32,000 bases of DNA from Thermofilum adornatum (GCF_000446015.1 NC_022093.1:660001-692000), one strand, 5' to 3'; numbered from the stretch's first letter, positions 1 through 9,176 are shown. Made by a program: numbers and translations. The notes: a model not told the origin generated them from the letters alone.

Positions 1-278
1 CTCTGTCCAAGATAGCTGAAATGATGGGTCTACAGGTAAAGGTTACAGGCGAGGAGGAAATGAGTGTAGATCGCTGGATAAACATCATGAACTCCATGAC
101 CATGGAAGAGTTGCTGAACCCAGACATTATTGACTCCTCGAGGATTAGAAGAATAGCAAGAGGCTCAGGAGTTACACCCAGGGATGTAAGACAACTTCTA
201 GATGCCTACAAAAACATGAAGAAAATGGTAAAACAGTTGTCTAGGTCGCGTAGAGTAGGACTGCCACCCTTCTCTTAG
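1..278 (+). CDS. srp54: Signal recognition particle protein SRP54, C-terminal (M-domain) fragment; the 5' part lies outside the window
   Basis: The translation ...SMTMEELLNPDIIDSSRIRRIARGSGVTPRDVRQLLDAYKNMKKMVKQL matches the conserved C-terminal end of SRP54/Ffh. The frame is open to the window edge. Confidence 0.85.
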   Translation, partial: LSKIAEMMGLQVKVTGEEEMSVDRWINIMNSMTMEELLNPDIIDSSRIRRIARGSGVTPRDVRQLLDAYKNMKKMVKQLSRSRRVGLPPFS

Positions 279-310
279 CCCTCTCGGATAAAACCTGATT
301 CCCTGGCTAC

Positions 311-316
311 TTTTTT
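311..316 (+). terminator. T6 tract downstream of srp54, a candidate archaeal oligo-T terminator
   Basis: The sequence ctacTTTTTTcag lies 33 nt after the srp54 stop codon. Confidence 0.35.
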
Positions 317-427
317 CAGTTCACCGGTTCCCATGAGAAAATTACAATTGATTTTTAATTAAGGAACCTTGAAGAACTTCCTCATTTTCCTTGAATTTTT
401 TGATTTTTCACTTGAGTATAGATAAGC

Positions 428-435
428 TTTTATAT
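428..435 (+). promoter_or_regulatory. TATA-box-like element for the PRC-barrel gene
   Basis: TTTTATAT ends 22 nt upstream of the ATG at 457, which is the geometry of a leaderless archaeal promoter. Confidence 0.45.
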
Positions 436-456
436 GTCAACTCGCGAATCAAATTT

Positions 457-864
457 ATGGGAATAACACTTTCAGAACTTAAAGGCAAAAACGTTTACAC
501 CCAGGACGCGCGTCGAATCGGAGAAATAATTGACTTCGGCTTCAAGATAGGCGAAACCACGCCCTTCTTCGTGGTGAGAACTCCCTCCGGAAAACCCCTC
601 GAGATACCCTGGAGCAGTGTAGCGGCAGCCAAAGACATAGTTTTGCTGAAACCAGACTTCCAGGTTCCAGAAGACCTCCTCGTACAACCAGCCATGCCTG
701 TTGCAACTCCACAGACTACACAAGCACAACCTGCCCAGCAACCCCGCTTTGGAATCTTTAAGAAAAGCGAACAGAAGATTTGTCCCTACTGTGGAAAACC
801 AGCCACATGGATACCCCAGTATCAGCGCTGGTACTGCTATAATTGTCAAAAATACATAGACTAG
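457..864 (+). CDS. PRC-barrel domain protein with a Q/P-rich linker and a C-terminal CxxC...CxxC zinc ribbon
   Basis: MGITLSELKGKNVYTQDARRIGEIIDFGF...EIPWSSVAAAKDIVLL is PRC-barrel-like. The C-terminus CPYCGKPATWIPQYQRWYCYNCQKY is a 4-Cys ribbon. The ATG at 457 is preferred over the TTG at 391 because of the TATA box at 428-435. Confidence 0.6.
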   Translation: MGITLSELKGKNVYTQDARRIGEIIDFGFKIGETTPFFVVRTPSGKPLEIPWSSVAAAKDIVLLKPDFQVPEDLLVQPAMPVATPQTTQAQPAQQPRFGIFKKSEQKICPYCGKPATWIPQYQRWYCYNCQKYID

Positions 865-910
865 GAAAAAGCCTCCGCCGAAACGACGTGATTTTTCTCT
901 TAGGAAAGTA

Positions 911-918
911 TTTAAATA
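911..918 (+). promoter_or_regulatory. TATA box (TTTAAATA) upstream of the structured RNA at 942-1046
   Basis: A canonical archaeal TATA sequence ends 24 nt before the first G of the G+C-rich hairpin. Confidence 0.45.
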
Positions 919-941
919 TCAAATAAGAATTTTTCAACCGA

Positions 942-1046
942 GCGGTGCGCGCGGCATAGCCGCCAGTAGAGAGCGCTTCAAGCTAAAGGCGGTGTACCGC
1001 CGGTAGCTGTGAAAAGGCGTGTTGCCTGGCGGCTACAGCGCACCGA
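942..1046. ncRNA. Roughly 105-nt G+C-rich long irregular hairpin RNA of unknown class (possibly H/ACA-like); strand not resolved
   Basis: A G+C-rich island sits in an A+T-rich intergenic region. Perfect 8-bp helices are CGGTGCGC (943-950) with GCGCACCG (1038-1045), and GCCGCCAG (959-966) with CTGGCGGC (1026-1033). Inner pairings are 973-977/1016-1020, AGCT 981-984/1005-1008, and the hairpin GGCGG-TGTA-CCGCC (989-1002). TATA-like boxes flank it on both sides (911-918 on +, and 1069-1082 read on -). Confidence 0.45.
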
Positions 1047-1115
1047 GGACGACCACCCTTTAGTTGTAAAATTAAAATACCTGAATATTGTTGCTAGTTT
1101 AGTGGTGTGGTATAT

Positions 1116-2447
1116 ATGGGTGGTTTACCTGTTTCACCTAAATATGTTATAAGGGCTAGAATAGATGTTAAGGGTAACGTCGAGAAGCACGATATAATAG
1201 GGGCGATTTTTGGACAGGCTGAGGGCTTGATTGGAAACGAGCTTGACTTGAGAGAGCTCCAGAAGCTTGGGAGGATTGGCAGGATTGAGGTTGAGATGAA
1301 GCAACAGGACGGCAACGTTGTGGCTGAGGTGGAGATACCGACGAACCTTGACATGGCTGAGACAGCGATAATAGCGGCGACTATCGAGACCATTGATAAG
1401 GTGGGTCCTTATCCTGCCAGGAGCGAGGTAGTATCTATAGAAGACGCCAGGGCCGAAAAAAGGCAGAAAATTATAGAGAGAGCTGTTGAGCTATACAAAA
1501 AGTTGCAGGAAAGTATACCTGAGTCTAAGGAATTAGTCGAAGAAGTTCTCCGCAGGGTTCGGTCTGCTGAACTTGTAGAATACGGGGAGGAAAAACTTCC
1601 AGGCGGACCCGACGTAAAGACCTCGGATACCATTATACTTGTGGAGGGAAGGGCGGACGTCTTAAACTTGCTGAGGTACGGCTACAAGAACGTGTTAGCA
1701 CTGGGAGGCGCCACTATTCCCCCAAGTTTAAGGGAACTCCTTTCAAACAAGAAAGTTATCTTGTTCGTCGACGGGGATAGGGGCGGCGAGCTGATAGCGA
1801 GGAACGTAGTGAATTCTCTAAAGGTCGACTATATAGCCAGGGCTCCGCAGGGCAGAGAAGTCGAGGAGCTCACCGCAAAAGAAATTGCAAGGTCCCTACA
1901 GAATGCTGTACCAGTTAAAGATTTCCTTGAAGAGCTTGAGAAAGAAAAGAAACTGCAGAAAGAGAGGGAGACAAAAGCCGAGGTTATTGTCCCACCCACG
2001 AAGCTTATTAAATCCATCAAGAAAAATCCCGATATGGCTCAAGAAGTAGTTGTCCCCCTCGAGGTTTACCAGAAGATGGACGAATTAAAGGGAACCCTGG
2101 AAGCCATAATCTATGACGACAACTGGCAGATGCTTGAGAGGGTTCCTGTGAGGGATCTTGTTAACAAGCTAAAAGAGGTAGATAAAGCTGCACACGTAGT
2201 GCTGGACGGGATCATAACTCAACGCTTGGTAGACATCGCGTACACAAAGGGAGTGAAGACACTCATTGGTGTACGTATAGGGGAAATCATCAGGAAGCCG
2301 GACAACACAGTTCTCGCCACTTTCTCGACCGTCAAGCCGGAAAGCTCGCCTGAGACACCTGTCCAGCAAGAAAACGCTAATTCAAACACGGAAAACCAAG
2401 ACGCAGTGCATCAAGAAAACCAGCCAAGCGCCCAGGCACAGCAGTGA
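1116..2447 (+). CDS. dnaG: Archaeal DnaG-type primase / exosome-associated TOPRIM protein
   Basis: The N-terminus PKYVIRARIDVKGNVEKHDIIGAIFGQAEGLIG is characteristic of archaeal DnaG. The TOPRIM core is IILVEGRADVLNLLRYGYKNVLALGG...ILFVDGDRGGELI. The ATG at 1116 is preferred over the GTG at 1107. There is a Q/N/E-rich low-complexity C-terminal tail. Confidence 0.9.
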   Translation: MGGLPVSPKYVIRARIDVKGNVEKHDIIGAIFGQAEGLIGNELDLRELQKLGRIGRIEVEMKQQDGNVVAEVEIPTNLDMAETAIIAATIETIDKVGPYPARSEVVSIEDARAEKRQKIIERAVELYKKLQESIPESKELVEEVLRRVRSAELVEYGEEKLPGGPDVKTSDTIILVEGRADVLNLLRYGYKNVLALGGATIPPSLRELLSNKKVILFVDGDRGGELIARNVVNSLKVDYIARAPQGREVEELTAKEIARSLQNAVPVKDFLEELEKEKKLQKERETKAEVIVPPTKLIKSIKKNPDMAQEVVVPLEVYQKMDELKGTLEAIIYDDNWQMLERVPVRDLVNKLKEVDKAAHVVLDGIITQRLVDIAYTKGVKTLIGVRIGEIIRKPDNTVLATFSTVKPESSPETPVQQENANSNTENQDAVHQENQPSAQAQQ

Positions 2448-2481
2448 CAAAAAATTAAAGACAGTGGCTACAAATAGATCT

Positions 2482-2541
2482 CAGCAATGAAGACACTGGC
2501 CTGATCGGATGCTGTGAAGACATCGCACCTCCACTGAGCAA
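2482..2541 (+). ncRNA. Candidate C/D-box sRNA with variant boxes
   Basis: C box ATGAAGA (2487-2493), 12-nt spacer, degenerate D' CGGA (2506-2509), C' GTGAAGA (2514-2520), 13-nt spacer, D box CTGA (2534-2537). An A/T-rich box at 2452-2461 lies about 25 nt upstream. Both C-type boxes carry the same UGAAGA variant. Confidence 0.4.
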
Positions 2542-2556
2542 CATATAGGCGCCAAG

Positions 2557-2564
2557 TTTATAAA
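2557..2564 (+). promoter_or_regulatory. TATA box (TTTATAAA) for rpl24e
   Basis: It ends 33 nt upstream of the ATG at 2597. GAGGTG at 2586-2591 could act as a Shine-Dalgarno-like element. Confidence 0.5.
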
Positions 2565-2596
2565 GGGTTCAAATTGTAAGTTTCTGAGGTGTGTCT

Positions 2597-2782
2597 ATGC
2601 CTAGGGTAGTCACGTGCACATTTTGCGGACAGCCAATAAAGCCGGGCCAAGGAATAATGTACGTAAGGCTAGACGGCACAGTTGAGCGCTACTGTTCCTC
2701 CAAGTGCTTCAAGAGCGCGGTCAAGTACCATAGGAACCCTAGACGCCTAGCCTGGGTACGAAAAGCAAAGGCACAGGCATAG
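2597..2782 (+). CDS. rpl24e: 50S ribosomal protein L24e (eL24)
   Basis: [53 protein letters not shown] is the L24e zinc-ribbon pattern. Confidence 0.9.
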   Translation: MPRVVTCTFCGQPIKPGQGIMYVRLDGTVERYCSSKCFKSAVKYHRNPRRLAWVRKAKAQA

Positions 2783-2924
2783 AACTTTCATCTTGTAGCT
2801 CCAATAGATATAATTTTGTTACACGTCTCTGTTTCTATACCTAGTTTTCACCTTGTGCCAGTCGTAGACCCGTGGCACAATAATAGTTATAAACGTCTGC
2901 ACCGAAACTCGCACAGGGAAAGTT

Positions 2925-4766
2925 ATGTCTAGCGAGGCTGGCATCCAAAATTCAGAGGCAAAATCCGAACAACAGTCTCAAACCTTTATTCGGTCGCCAA
3001 TTGTAGTTGTCCTAGGACACGTTGACGCCGGGAAAACTACTCTTTTAGACAAGATAAGGGGGACAGCTGTGGCAAAGCGTGAGCCCGGAACAATGACACA
3101 GCATATTGGAGCATCTTTTCTGCCATGGAAGGCGCTGGAAAGTATTTGTGGAGACCTGCTAAACAGGATCAAAGCAGAGATCATTATTCCTGGCTTCTTA
3201 GTGATAGATACGCCTGGGCACGAGGCATTCTCGAACCTTAGGAAACGCGGGGGCAGCATTGCGGACATAGCGATTCTGGTTGTTGACGTGCAACGTGGCC
3301 TAGAGCAACAGACATTCGAAGCAATAGATATTCTGCGCGAACGGAAAGTCCCATTCGTTGTAGCAGTCAACAAGATTGACAGGATCCCTGGCTGGAAAAG
3401 TTTTCCGGATAAACCCTTCATAGAGTCTTTCCAAAAACAGGAGCCTTCTGTACAGTTTAGGCTGGAGGAATTTCTAAGCTACATTATACAGCAGTTTAAT
3501 TCCCTTGGCTTCCGCGCAGACAGATATGACCGTGTCCGCGACTTTACAAAGGTTCTCGCACTAGTGCCTCTCAGCGCCCTGACTGGGGAAGGCGTCCCTG
3601 ACTTGATGCTTGTCTTAGCTGGGCTCGCCCAGAGATACTTGAAAAAGAGACTCGAGACAAAGATTAGTTCTGGCAGGGGCGTACTGCTCGAGCTAAAGGA
3701 AGAAGTCGGGCTAGGCACCACTGCAACGCTGATTCTATATGATGGAGTTATAAAGCGCGGAGACCTAGTTGTAACTGGCGGTCTAAATGGTCCAATAGTT
3801 ACAAGGGTGAGATCCCTTTTAATGCCTAAGCCACTGGACGAAATGCGGTCGCCAGAAGACAAGTTCCAAGAAGTAAAAGAGGTTGTAGCCGCCGCCGGTG
3901 TCAAACTTGTAGCCGAGGGGCTTGAAGAAGCGATAGCAGGCGCACCTCTCTACGTTGTCACAAACGAGTCTGAGATCGAGAAATTCAGCAAGCTCGTAGA
4001 AGAAGAAATAAAAGGAGTAAAGTTCGAAAAAGACGTTGTAGGCGTTGTTGTAAAAGCTGACACGCTGGGGACCCTGGAGGCACTAATTGGATTCTTGAAG
4101 AAGAACAATATACCTATACGTGTAGCAGACATTGGCCCCGTCGCTCGTCGCGACTTGGTGCACGCATTAATGGTCAAGGAAAAAGACCCGCTCTATGCCG
4201 CAATTCTCGCCTTCAACGTGAAGATTCTTCCCGAAGCCAAAGAAGAGGCCGCAATGAACGGTATACCAATCTTTTGGGGAAACATAATGTATAGACTGGT
4301 AGAAGATTTCCAGGCATGGCACCAGGCCCAGAGAGAACAAGCCATAAAAGCCGCGTTCCAGAAACTAACGCCTCCAGCTGTTGTACAGATACTGCCGGGC
4401 TACGTTTTTAGGAGAAGAGACCCCATAATAGTAGGGGTTAAAGTAATTACTGGGCGTATCCGTAGCGGCGTCCCTCTTATAACTAAAACAGGTAAGGAGA
4501 TAGGAGAGATAATGCAGATCCGTGAACATGAAAACGTGCTAGAATACGCCTCTGAGGGGGCAGAGGTAGCCATCTCGATCAGAAGCAAAGCGATGGTTGG
4601 GAGACAAGTCAACGAGGGAGACTATCTCTACTCGGATATACCTCTGGATCAGATAAACACCCTGTTGGAAAAATATGACAAGTATCTTACAGAAAACGAG
4701 AGAAACTATTTAAAGAAACTGTTAAGATTTAAAATGGGGCTTAGTAGCTCAATAGAGTACCCCTAA
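2925..4766 (+). CDS. infB: Translation initiation factor aIF5B (IF-2 homologue)
   Basis: The GTPase motifs are VVVLGHVDAGKTTLLDKIRG, IDTPGH and AVNKID. The length (613 aa) and domain order are typical of aIF5B, and no intein is present. Confidence 0.95.
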   Translation: MSSEAGIQNSEAKSEQQSQTFIRSPIVVVLGHVDAGKTTLLDKIRGTAVAKREPGTMTQHIGASFLPWKALESICGDLLNRIKAEIIIPGFLVIDTPGHEAFSNLRKRGGSIADIAILVVDVQRGLEQQTFEAIDILRERKVPFVVAVNKIDRIPGWKSFPDKPFIESFQKQEPSVQFRLEEFLSYIIQQFNSLGFRADRYDRVRDFTKVLALVPLSALTGEGVPDLMLVLAGLAQRYLKKRLETKISSGRGVLLELKEEVGLGTTATLILYDGVIKRGDLVVTGGLNGPIVTRVRSLLMPKPLDEMRSPEDKFQEVKEVVAAAGVKLVAEGLEEAIAGAPLYVVTNESEIEKFSKLVEEEIKGVKFEKDVVGVVVKADTLGTLEALIGFLKKNNIPIRVADIGPVARRDLVHALMVKEKDPLYAAILAFNVKILPEAKEEAAMNGIPIFWGNIMYRLVEDFQAWHQAQREQAIKAAFQKLTPPAVVQILPGYVFRRRDPIIVGVKVITGRIRSGVPLITKTGKEIGEIMQIREHENVLEYASEGAEVAISIRSKAMVGRQVNEGDYLYSDIPLDQINTLLEKYDKYLTENERNYLKKLLRFKMGLSSSIEYP

Positions 4767-4775
4767 CGTTCCAAG

Positions 4776-4834
4776 GGCGATGATGAAAAAACGCCTTCCG
4801 ACACTAAATGAGGAGCAGGAGTACCCCTGAGTAA
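4776..4834 (+). ncRNA. Candidate C/D-box sRNA
   Basis: C box ATGATGA (4780-4786), exactly 12 nt, degenerate D' CGAC (4799-4802), 5-nt loop, C' ATGAGGA (4808-4814), exactly 12 nt, D box CTGA (4827-4830), then T5 (4838-4842). It fills the 77-nt convergent gap between infB and hel308. Confidence 0.55.
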
Positions 4835-4843
4835 AAATTTTTC

Positions 4844-7069
4844 TCAAACACCGAAATATTCCTCGAGGTTTATCTGTTCAGCTTCTTCTAGTCTTTCCCC
4901 CTCCACCTCTTCCTGGCTCTCTACTGGGCTCTTCAGTTGCTGTTTTATTGCCTTTACGAGTGCCGGCCCAAAGCCCGGTATACGCAACAGCTCCTTCTCG
5001 TCTGCAACCGCTAGGTCATATATCGACCTATAGCCATGCTCGTACAGCTTCCTGGCCCTTACCCTGCCTATGCCCTTCAGCGCCACGAGTTCAAGTAGTT
5101 CTTCTTTTACCCCATGCGCTATTCTCTTGCTTAAAATGCTTAGTTTCACCGAGTGCTCATGGAAGCCTAGAATCTCCGCTATCTGGGAAAGAGAAAAAGA
5201 TATCCATTCGGCTGTCTGCGTCAATGAGTATATGTCTCCTGGGCCCACGTCATACTTCTCTACGATGCTGTCTTCTGGAACCTCATTTATCCAGTCCTCG
5301 AGCAAGAGGGCTGTCTTGAGGTATGAAAGGAAGAACTCATACTCTATCTCGTCCTGAGGAACCTGGTATGGAATCTCTCTTCCTCTATCCTCAAGGACTT
5401 CTTCTAGATACTCATAGTCACCTCGCCTTACACCTATAGTCGTCATGTCCGGAGTTTTAGATACAAGGAAGAGGTAGCCCAACACCTCCAGGCTTTCATG
5501 CTCTTTGAAGAGTCTTATACCTTCGAGGGCTGTATCCGGATCAATGTATAGCTCGGCAATCCTTTTCCCTAGAAAAGTAGGATTAAGGACTCCGTTCTTT
5601 TCCTCTATAAGTCCACCGGCGATAAGTTTCTCTAGGTTTTTCCTTGCAAGCGGGAGGATACCAAATGTTCCGTATCTCTGTGCGAAAAATGTTCTGCCTA
5701 GAAATTTCTCTAGCATATCCATGCTTCTTATTTTCTCATCAGTGGAGATAACCGCTAGTAGCTGAGACCTTAAGACAGGCTCGGAACCCAGCTGTGACTG
5801 TAGATTCTCTGGCTCAGCATAGATATACTTCTTGAACAAGTATTCTACCTCCTCGAAGCTCCTCGCTATAAGTATGGCTTCACCCTCTTTGTCGAACTTT
5901 GGTCTACCAGCCCTACCAGCCATCTGCTTATACTCCATAACTGGGATACTCTCTTGGTAGCCCAGCTCAACATTGTATCTCCTGTAATCGGTGATGACAA
6001 CCCTTCTCGCCGGTAGATTCACGCCTGCCGCAAGGGTGGGAGTTGCAACAACTGCCTTTATGTGGCCAGCCCTAAAGAGATCCTCAACTATTTCACGCGC
6101 GTCACCCGATAAACCCGCGTGGTGGAAAGCGACACCCCTGAGCAACAACTCTGCGAGCTCATGTGTAAGTTTATCGGCATGTAGCGACACTAGCTTTCTT
6201 GACGCTTCTTGAAGAACCCTTTTAGATCCTTCCGCTACAAATTTTCTCGATATATTTGCAACTTTTTTCGCCTCTGCAACTGCCGCCCTCCTTGTCGGAG
6301 AAAAAATCAAGACTTGTCCAGACTCTCTCAATGTGTCATATGTGAGACTGAGAACACTGTTTCCCAGGCTGTCTATCCTCCGCGTAGAGCCGTCAGCGAA
6401 GAAAATGTTTTCGTCGTAGTATACACCTTCTCTCAGAACAACAGGCCGCCAGTCTACTTTCACAGGTTTGGCATGGAGCCATCTAGCTACGTCTTCTAGG
6501 TTTCCAATTGTCGCGCTAAGCCCCAGAAGTTGCGGGGTATCTTCAGACATGAGTATACGTGTCAGCAACACTTCTAGCGTTGCTCCACGCTTCTCTGTTC
6601 CCAATAGGTGTATCTCGTCGGCAACTATAAGCGTTAGGCTGGGAAACCATGGAGCACTGTGACGCATGAGGCTGTCGGCTTTTTCGTTAGTGGTAACGAT
6701 AACGTCGTACTTGCCCAGTGCTGGATCGGCAGAGTCATAATCCCCCGTGCTGAGAACGGTCTTGTACCCGAAGGCTCCAAAAAACTTTTTGAATTCTTTG
6801 TATTTTTCGGACGCCAAAGCCCTCAGGGGAACCAGGTATAGAACCTTTCCTCCTTCCTCTAGGTGCTTCAATGCAGCCAGCCCAGCCACGAGTGTTTTGC
6901 CAGAGGCCGTCGGCGCGCTTAGAACGATATTTTCGCCGTCTAGAACACCATTTTTTATCGCTAGTAGCTGTGTAGGGTAGAGGGACTTTACGCCCTCCTC
7001 TTCCAGCTTACTAATAATCTCTTGGGAAAAATATTTCGACAAAACCTGACGTGCAGGCGTGTACTCCAT
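4844..7069 (-). CDS. hel308: Ski2-like DNA helicase Hel308 (Hjm)
   Basis: The motifs are LSAPTASGKTLVA (Walker A), ADEIH (DEAH-type), SATIGN and QMAGRAGR. The C-terminal HhH-like domain reads LVALKGIGRVRARKLYEHGY. The ATG at 7069 is preferred; a GTG at 7078 is also possible. The gene begins 8-17 nt after the mcm stop. Confidence 0.9.
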   Translation of the reverse strand: MEYTPARQVLSKYFSQEIISKLEEEGVKSLYPTQLLAIKNGVLDGENIVLSAPTASGKTLVAGLAALKHLEEGGKVLYLVPLRALASEKYKEFKKFFGAFGYKTVLSTGDYDSADPALGKYDVIVTTNEKADSLMRHSAPWFPSLTLIVADEIHLLGTEKRGATLEVLLTRILMSEDTPQLLGLSATIGNLEDVARWLHAKPVKVDWRPVVLREGVYYDENIFFADGSTRRIDSLGNSVLSLTYDTLRESGQVLIFSPTRRAAVAEAKKVANISRKFVAEGSKRVLQEASRKLVSLHADKLTHELAELLLRGVAFHHAGLSGDAREIVEDLFRAGHIKAVVATPTLAAGVNLPARRVVITDYRRYNVELGYQESIPVMEYKQMAGRAGRPKFDKEGEAILIARSFEEVEYLFKKYIYAEPENLQSQLGSEPVLRSQLLAVISTDEKIRSMDMLEKFLGRTFFAQRYGTFGILPLARKNLEKLIAGGLIEEKNGVLNPTFLGKRIAELYIDPDTALEGIRLFKEHESLEVLGYLFLVSKTPDMTTIGVRRGDYEYLEEVLEDRGREIPYQVPQDEIEYEFFLSYLKTALLLEDWINEVPEDSIVEKYDVGPGDIYSLTQTAEWISFSLSQIAEILGFHEHSVKLSILSKRIAHGVKEELLELVALKGIGRVRARKLYEHGYRSIYDLAVADEKELLRIPGFGPALVKAIKQQLKSPVESQEEVEGERLEEAEQINLEEYFGV

Positions 7070-7085
7070 GAATACCACAGATCCG

Positions 7086-9176
7086 CTAGAGAGACACGAC
7101 AGTTATATAGCCCTGTTTAGGCATCATTATCTCTCCGTTTTCTAGCAACTTGTCTACTGTCTTCCTCACAAAACTCTCCTCTATGCCCTTCTCACTAGCG
7201 GCTGCAATAACGTCTTCAATACTCACGGGTTCACCATTGTTTTCTCTGACAAGGCTCTTAATTATATCTATTATTGCAAGCATCTTTTCGCGCTGGGACT
7301 TTGGCTGTCCAGTCATAATTGTGTCGATGTCTATTGTCTTTGTCTGAGTATCGATGCCCACGTTTCTCAAAAAGTATTCCATGAGACTAATGGCTACCTC
7401 AGCATCCTTTGCAGTAACAACCTCCCTTAAATGCATCCTGGCATGTGCCTCGGACAGCCTGATAAGTGCCTCTAGCTGGCGCGGCGTGATAGCGATTGGA
7501 GAATTTGGGTCCTCACTTTTAGACCTCATGTTCACATAGTACTCGACAATCTTGTTCTTTGCTTCAGGGGAGAGCTTTGGTCTTACATGTTTCCTTGCAT
7601 AGGCTATATACTTCTTCAGAAGCTGTGCATTGAGAACATTTTCCAGCGTTGCTGGATATGTTTCTCCGTGGAAATCCACTACGTATTGGGCCAGTTCCTT
7701 GTCTCGGTCGGCGTTAGGAATATCACGTATGACAAATATAAGGTCAAACCTCGAGAGTATAGTTACTGGTAGATCAATGTTCTCTGAAATGTTTCTACCT
7801 GCAATATATCTACCAAACACAGGGTTCGCAGCAGCAAGTATAGATGTACGTGCATTTAGCGTAGCGACTATTCCAGCTTTAGCTATGCTCACCGTTTGTT
7901 GCTCCATTGCTTCATGTATGCTCACCCTGTCCTTGGTCTCCATCTTGTCGAACTCGTCTATACACGCGATACCGCCATCTGCCAAGACAAGGGCTCCAGC
8001 CTCAAGGTAGAACTCGCCGCTACTCTTCTCTTTGACAACCGCAGCCGTCAAACCAGCCGCGGATGCGCCCTTTCCAGAGGTGTAGAGCCCCCTAGGGGCT
8101 ATCGTCGAAACATACCTCAACAACTGGCTTTTGGCGGTGCCCGGGTCACCAATCAAGAGTATATGTATGTCGCCTCTGACCCTTATCCCGTCGGGATGAA
8201 CCTTCGGGACTCCTCCAAACAGGAGAAGCGCTATTGCAGTCTTTATCTCCCTATAGCCATATATAGATGGTGCAATAGAATTGACAATGACGTCCTCCAG
8301 GTCGCTTCTCCTGCTAAGCTCTAGAATTGCTTTTTCATCTTCAGGCGTTATCTCTACGTCTAGGTTCTCCTTTGCACGTATATCTATATAATTGGCCTCG
8401 AGATACATGTGGAAAATTGGCGGGGCATTTCTCACTAGCTTCTTGTCCTCCTCCATCTTTAGGAAGCCAATAACAGTCGCCCTGTCGCCCGGCCTCACTA
8501 GGTCCACTAGGTCTTCCTTTACTAGAACCTCTATAGAACGGGGGAGCTGTCCCGGAGGTAGTTCCTCGGGCTTCTCCTGCAGCACAAATTTCTGCAAATC
8601 AATGAACTTGCTCTTCTCCGGTAAAAGAACAAAGCCCGCAGACTTTTGTCCATTCTCAGAGCATACTGGGCAAACAGTTGGTTTGACGAGGCCCTCCCCC
8701 TCCTGTGGAACACGTATCTCGGTTCCACATGTTTTACATTTAAAAACCCCCTCGATAAGTTCCTGTTTTACAGGAGAAATCTTTGTTACTATCCCCTCAA
8801 TAGCTATTAGCTTGCCTAGGTGCCGCGCCCTCACGTCCCGTATCTTGACGTGAACATTCTCAGGAAGCTTTGAGAGCCTCGCGTGGACTGTCTCTACCTC
8901 TTTCGCGTACTCTGGAACCTCTATTTCTAGAACCTCGCGGACAGCTTTTGAGGCGGCCTCAATAAACTCGTGGGGCTTTTCTAATAGATAATCAGCTAAT
9001 TCCTTATCAAACGACAATAGATCCTCAAAATCAATAACAAGTGAAATACTACGCTCTATACTCATCCTGCGGATAGCTTCCCTGTACTTTTCCCTGCCAT
9101 TAACCGTGAAACCCTTAAGGAACTCTGTTATCCTCTCAACGAGTGGAAGACTTTGGACAACTACTTGGCTAGACAT
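7086..9176 (-). CDS. mcm: MCM replicative helicase
   Basis: The zinc motif is CKTCGTE...CPVC. Walker A is LLIGDPGTAKSQLL, Walker B is CIDEFDKM, and the arginine finger region is SRFDLIF. The protein is 696 aa with no intein. Confidence 0.95.
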   Translation of the reverse strand: MSSQVVVQSLPLVERITEFLKGFTVNGREKYREAIRRMSIERSISLVIDFEDLLSFDKELADYLLEKPHEFIEAASKAVREVLEIEVPEYAKEVETVHARLSKLPENVHVKIRDVRARHLGKLIAIEGIVTKISPVKQELIEGVFKCKTCGTEIRVPQEGEGLVKPTVCPVCSENGQKSAGFVLLPEKSKFIDLQKFVLQEKPEELPPGQLPRSIEVLVKEDLVDLVRPGDRATVIGFLKMEEDKKLVRNAPPIFHMYLEANYIDIRAKENLDVEITPEDEKAILELSRRSDLEDVIVNSIAPSIYGYREIKTAIALLLFGGVPKVHPDGIRVRGDIHILLIGDPGTAKSQLLRYVSTIAPRGLYTSGKGASAAGLTAAVVKEKSSGEFYLEAGALVLADGGIACIDEFDKMETKDRVSIHEAMEQQTVSIAKAGIVATLNARTSILAAANPVFGRYIAGRNISENIDLPVTILSRFDLIFVIRDIPNADRDKELAQYVVDFHGETYPATLENVLNAQLLKKYIAYARKHVRPKLSPEAKNKIVEYYVNMRSKSEDPNSPIAITPRQLEALIRLSEAHARMHLREVVTAKDAEVAISLMEYFLRNVGIDTQTKTIDIDTIMTGQPKSQREKMLAIIDIIKSLVRENNGEPVSIEDVIAAASEKGIEESFVRKTVDKLLENGEIMMPKQGYITVVSL

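Noticed and set aside
942-1046. 5S rRNA on the - strand
   Set aside because: There are short string similarities to crenarchaeal 5S (GGCAACAC, CUUGAAGCGCUC). However, the element is only about 105 nt, folds as a single extended hairpin and lacks the helix IV/V arm of the 5S three-way junction.
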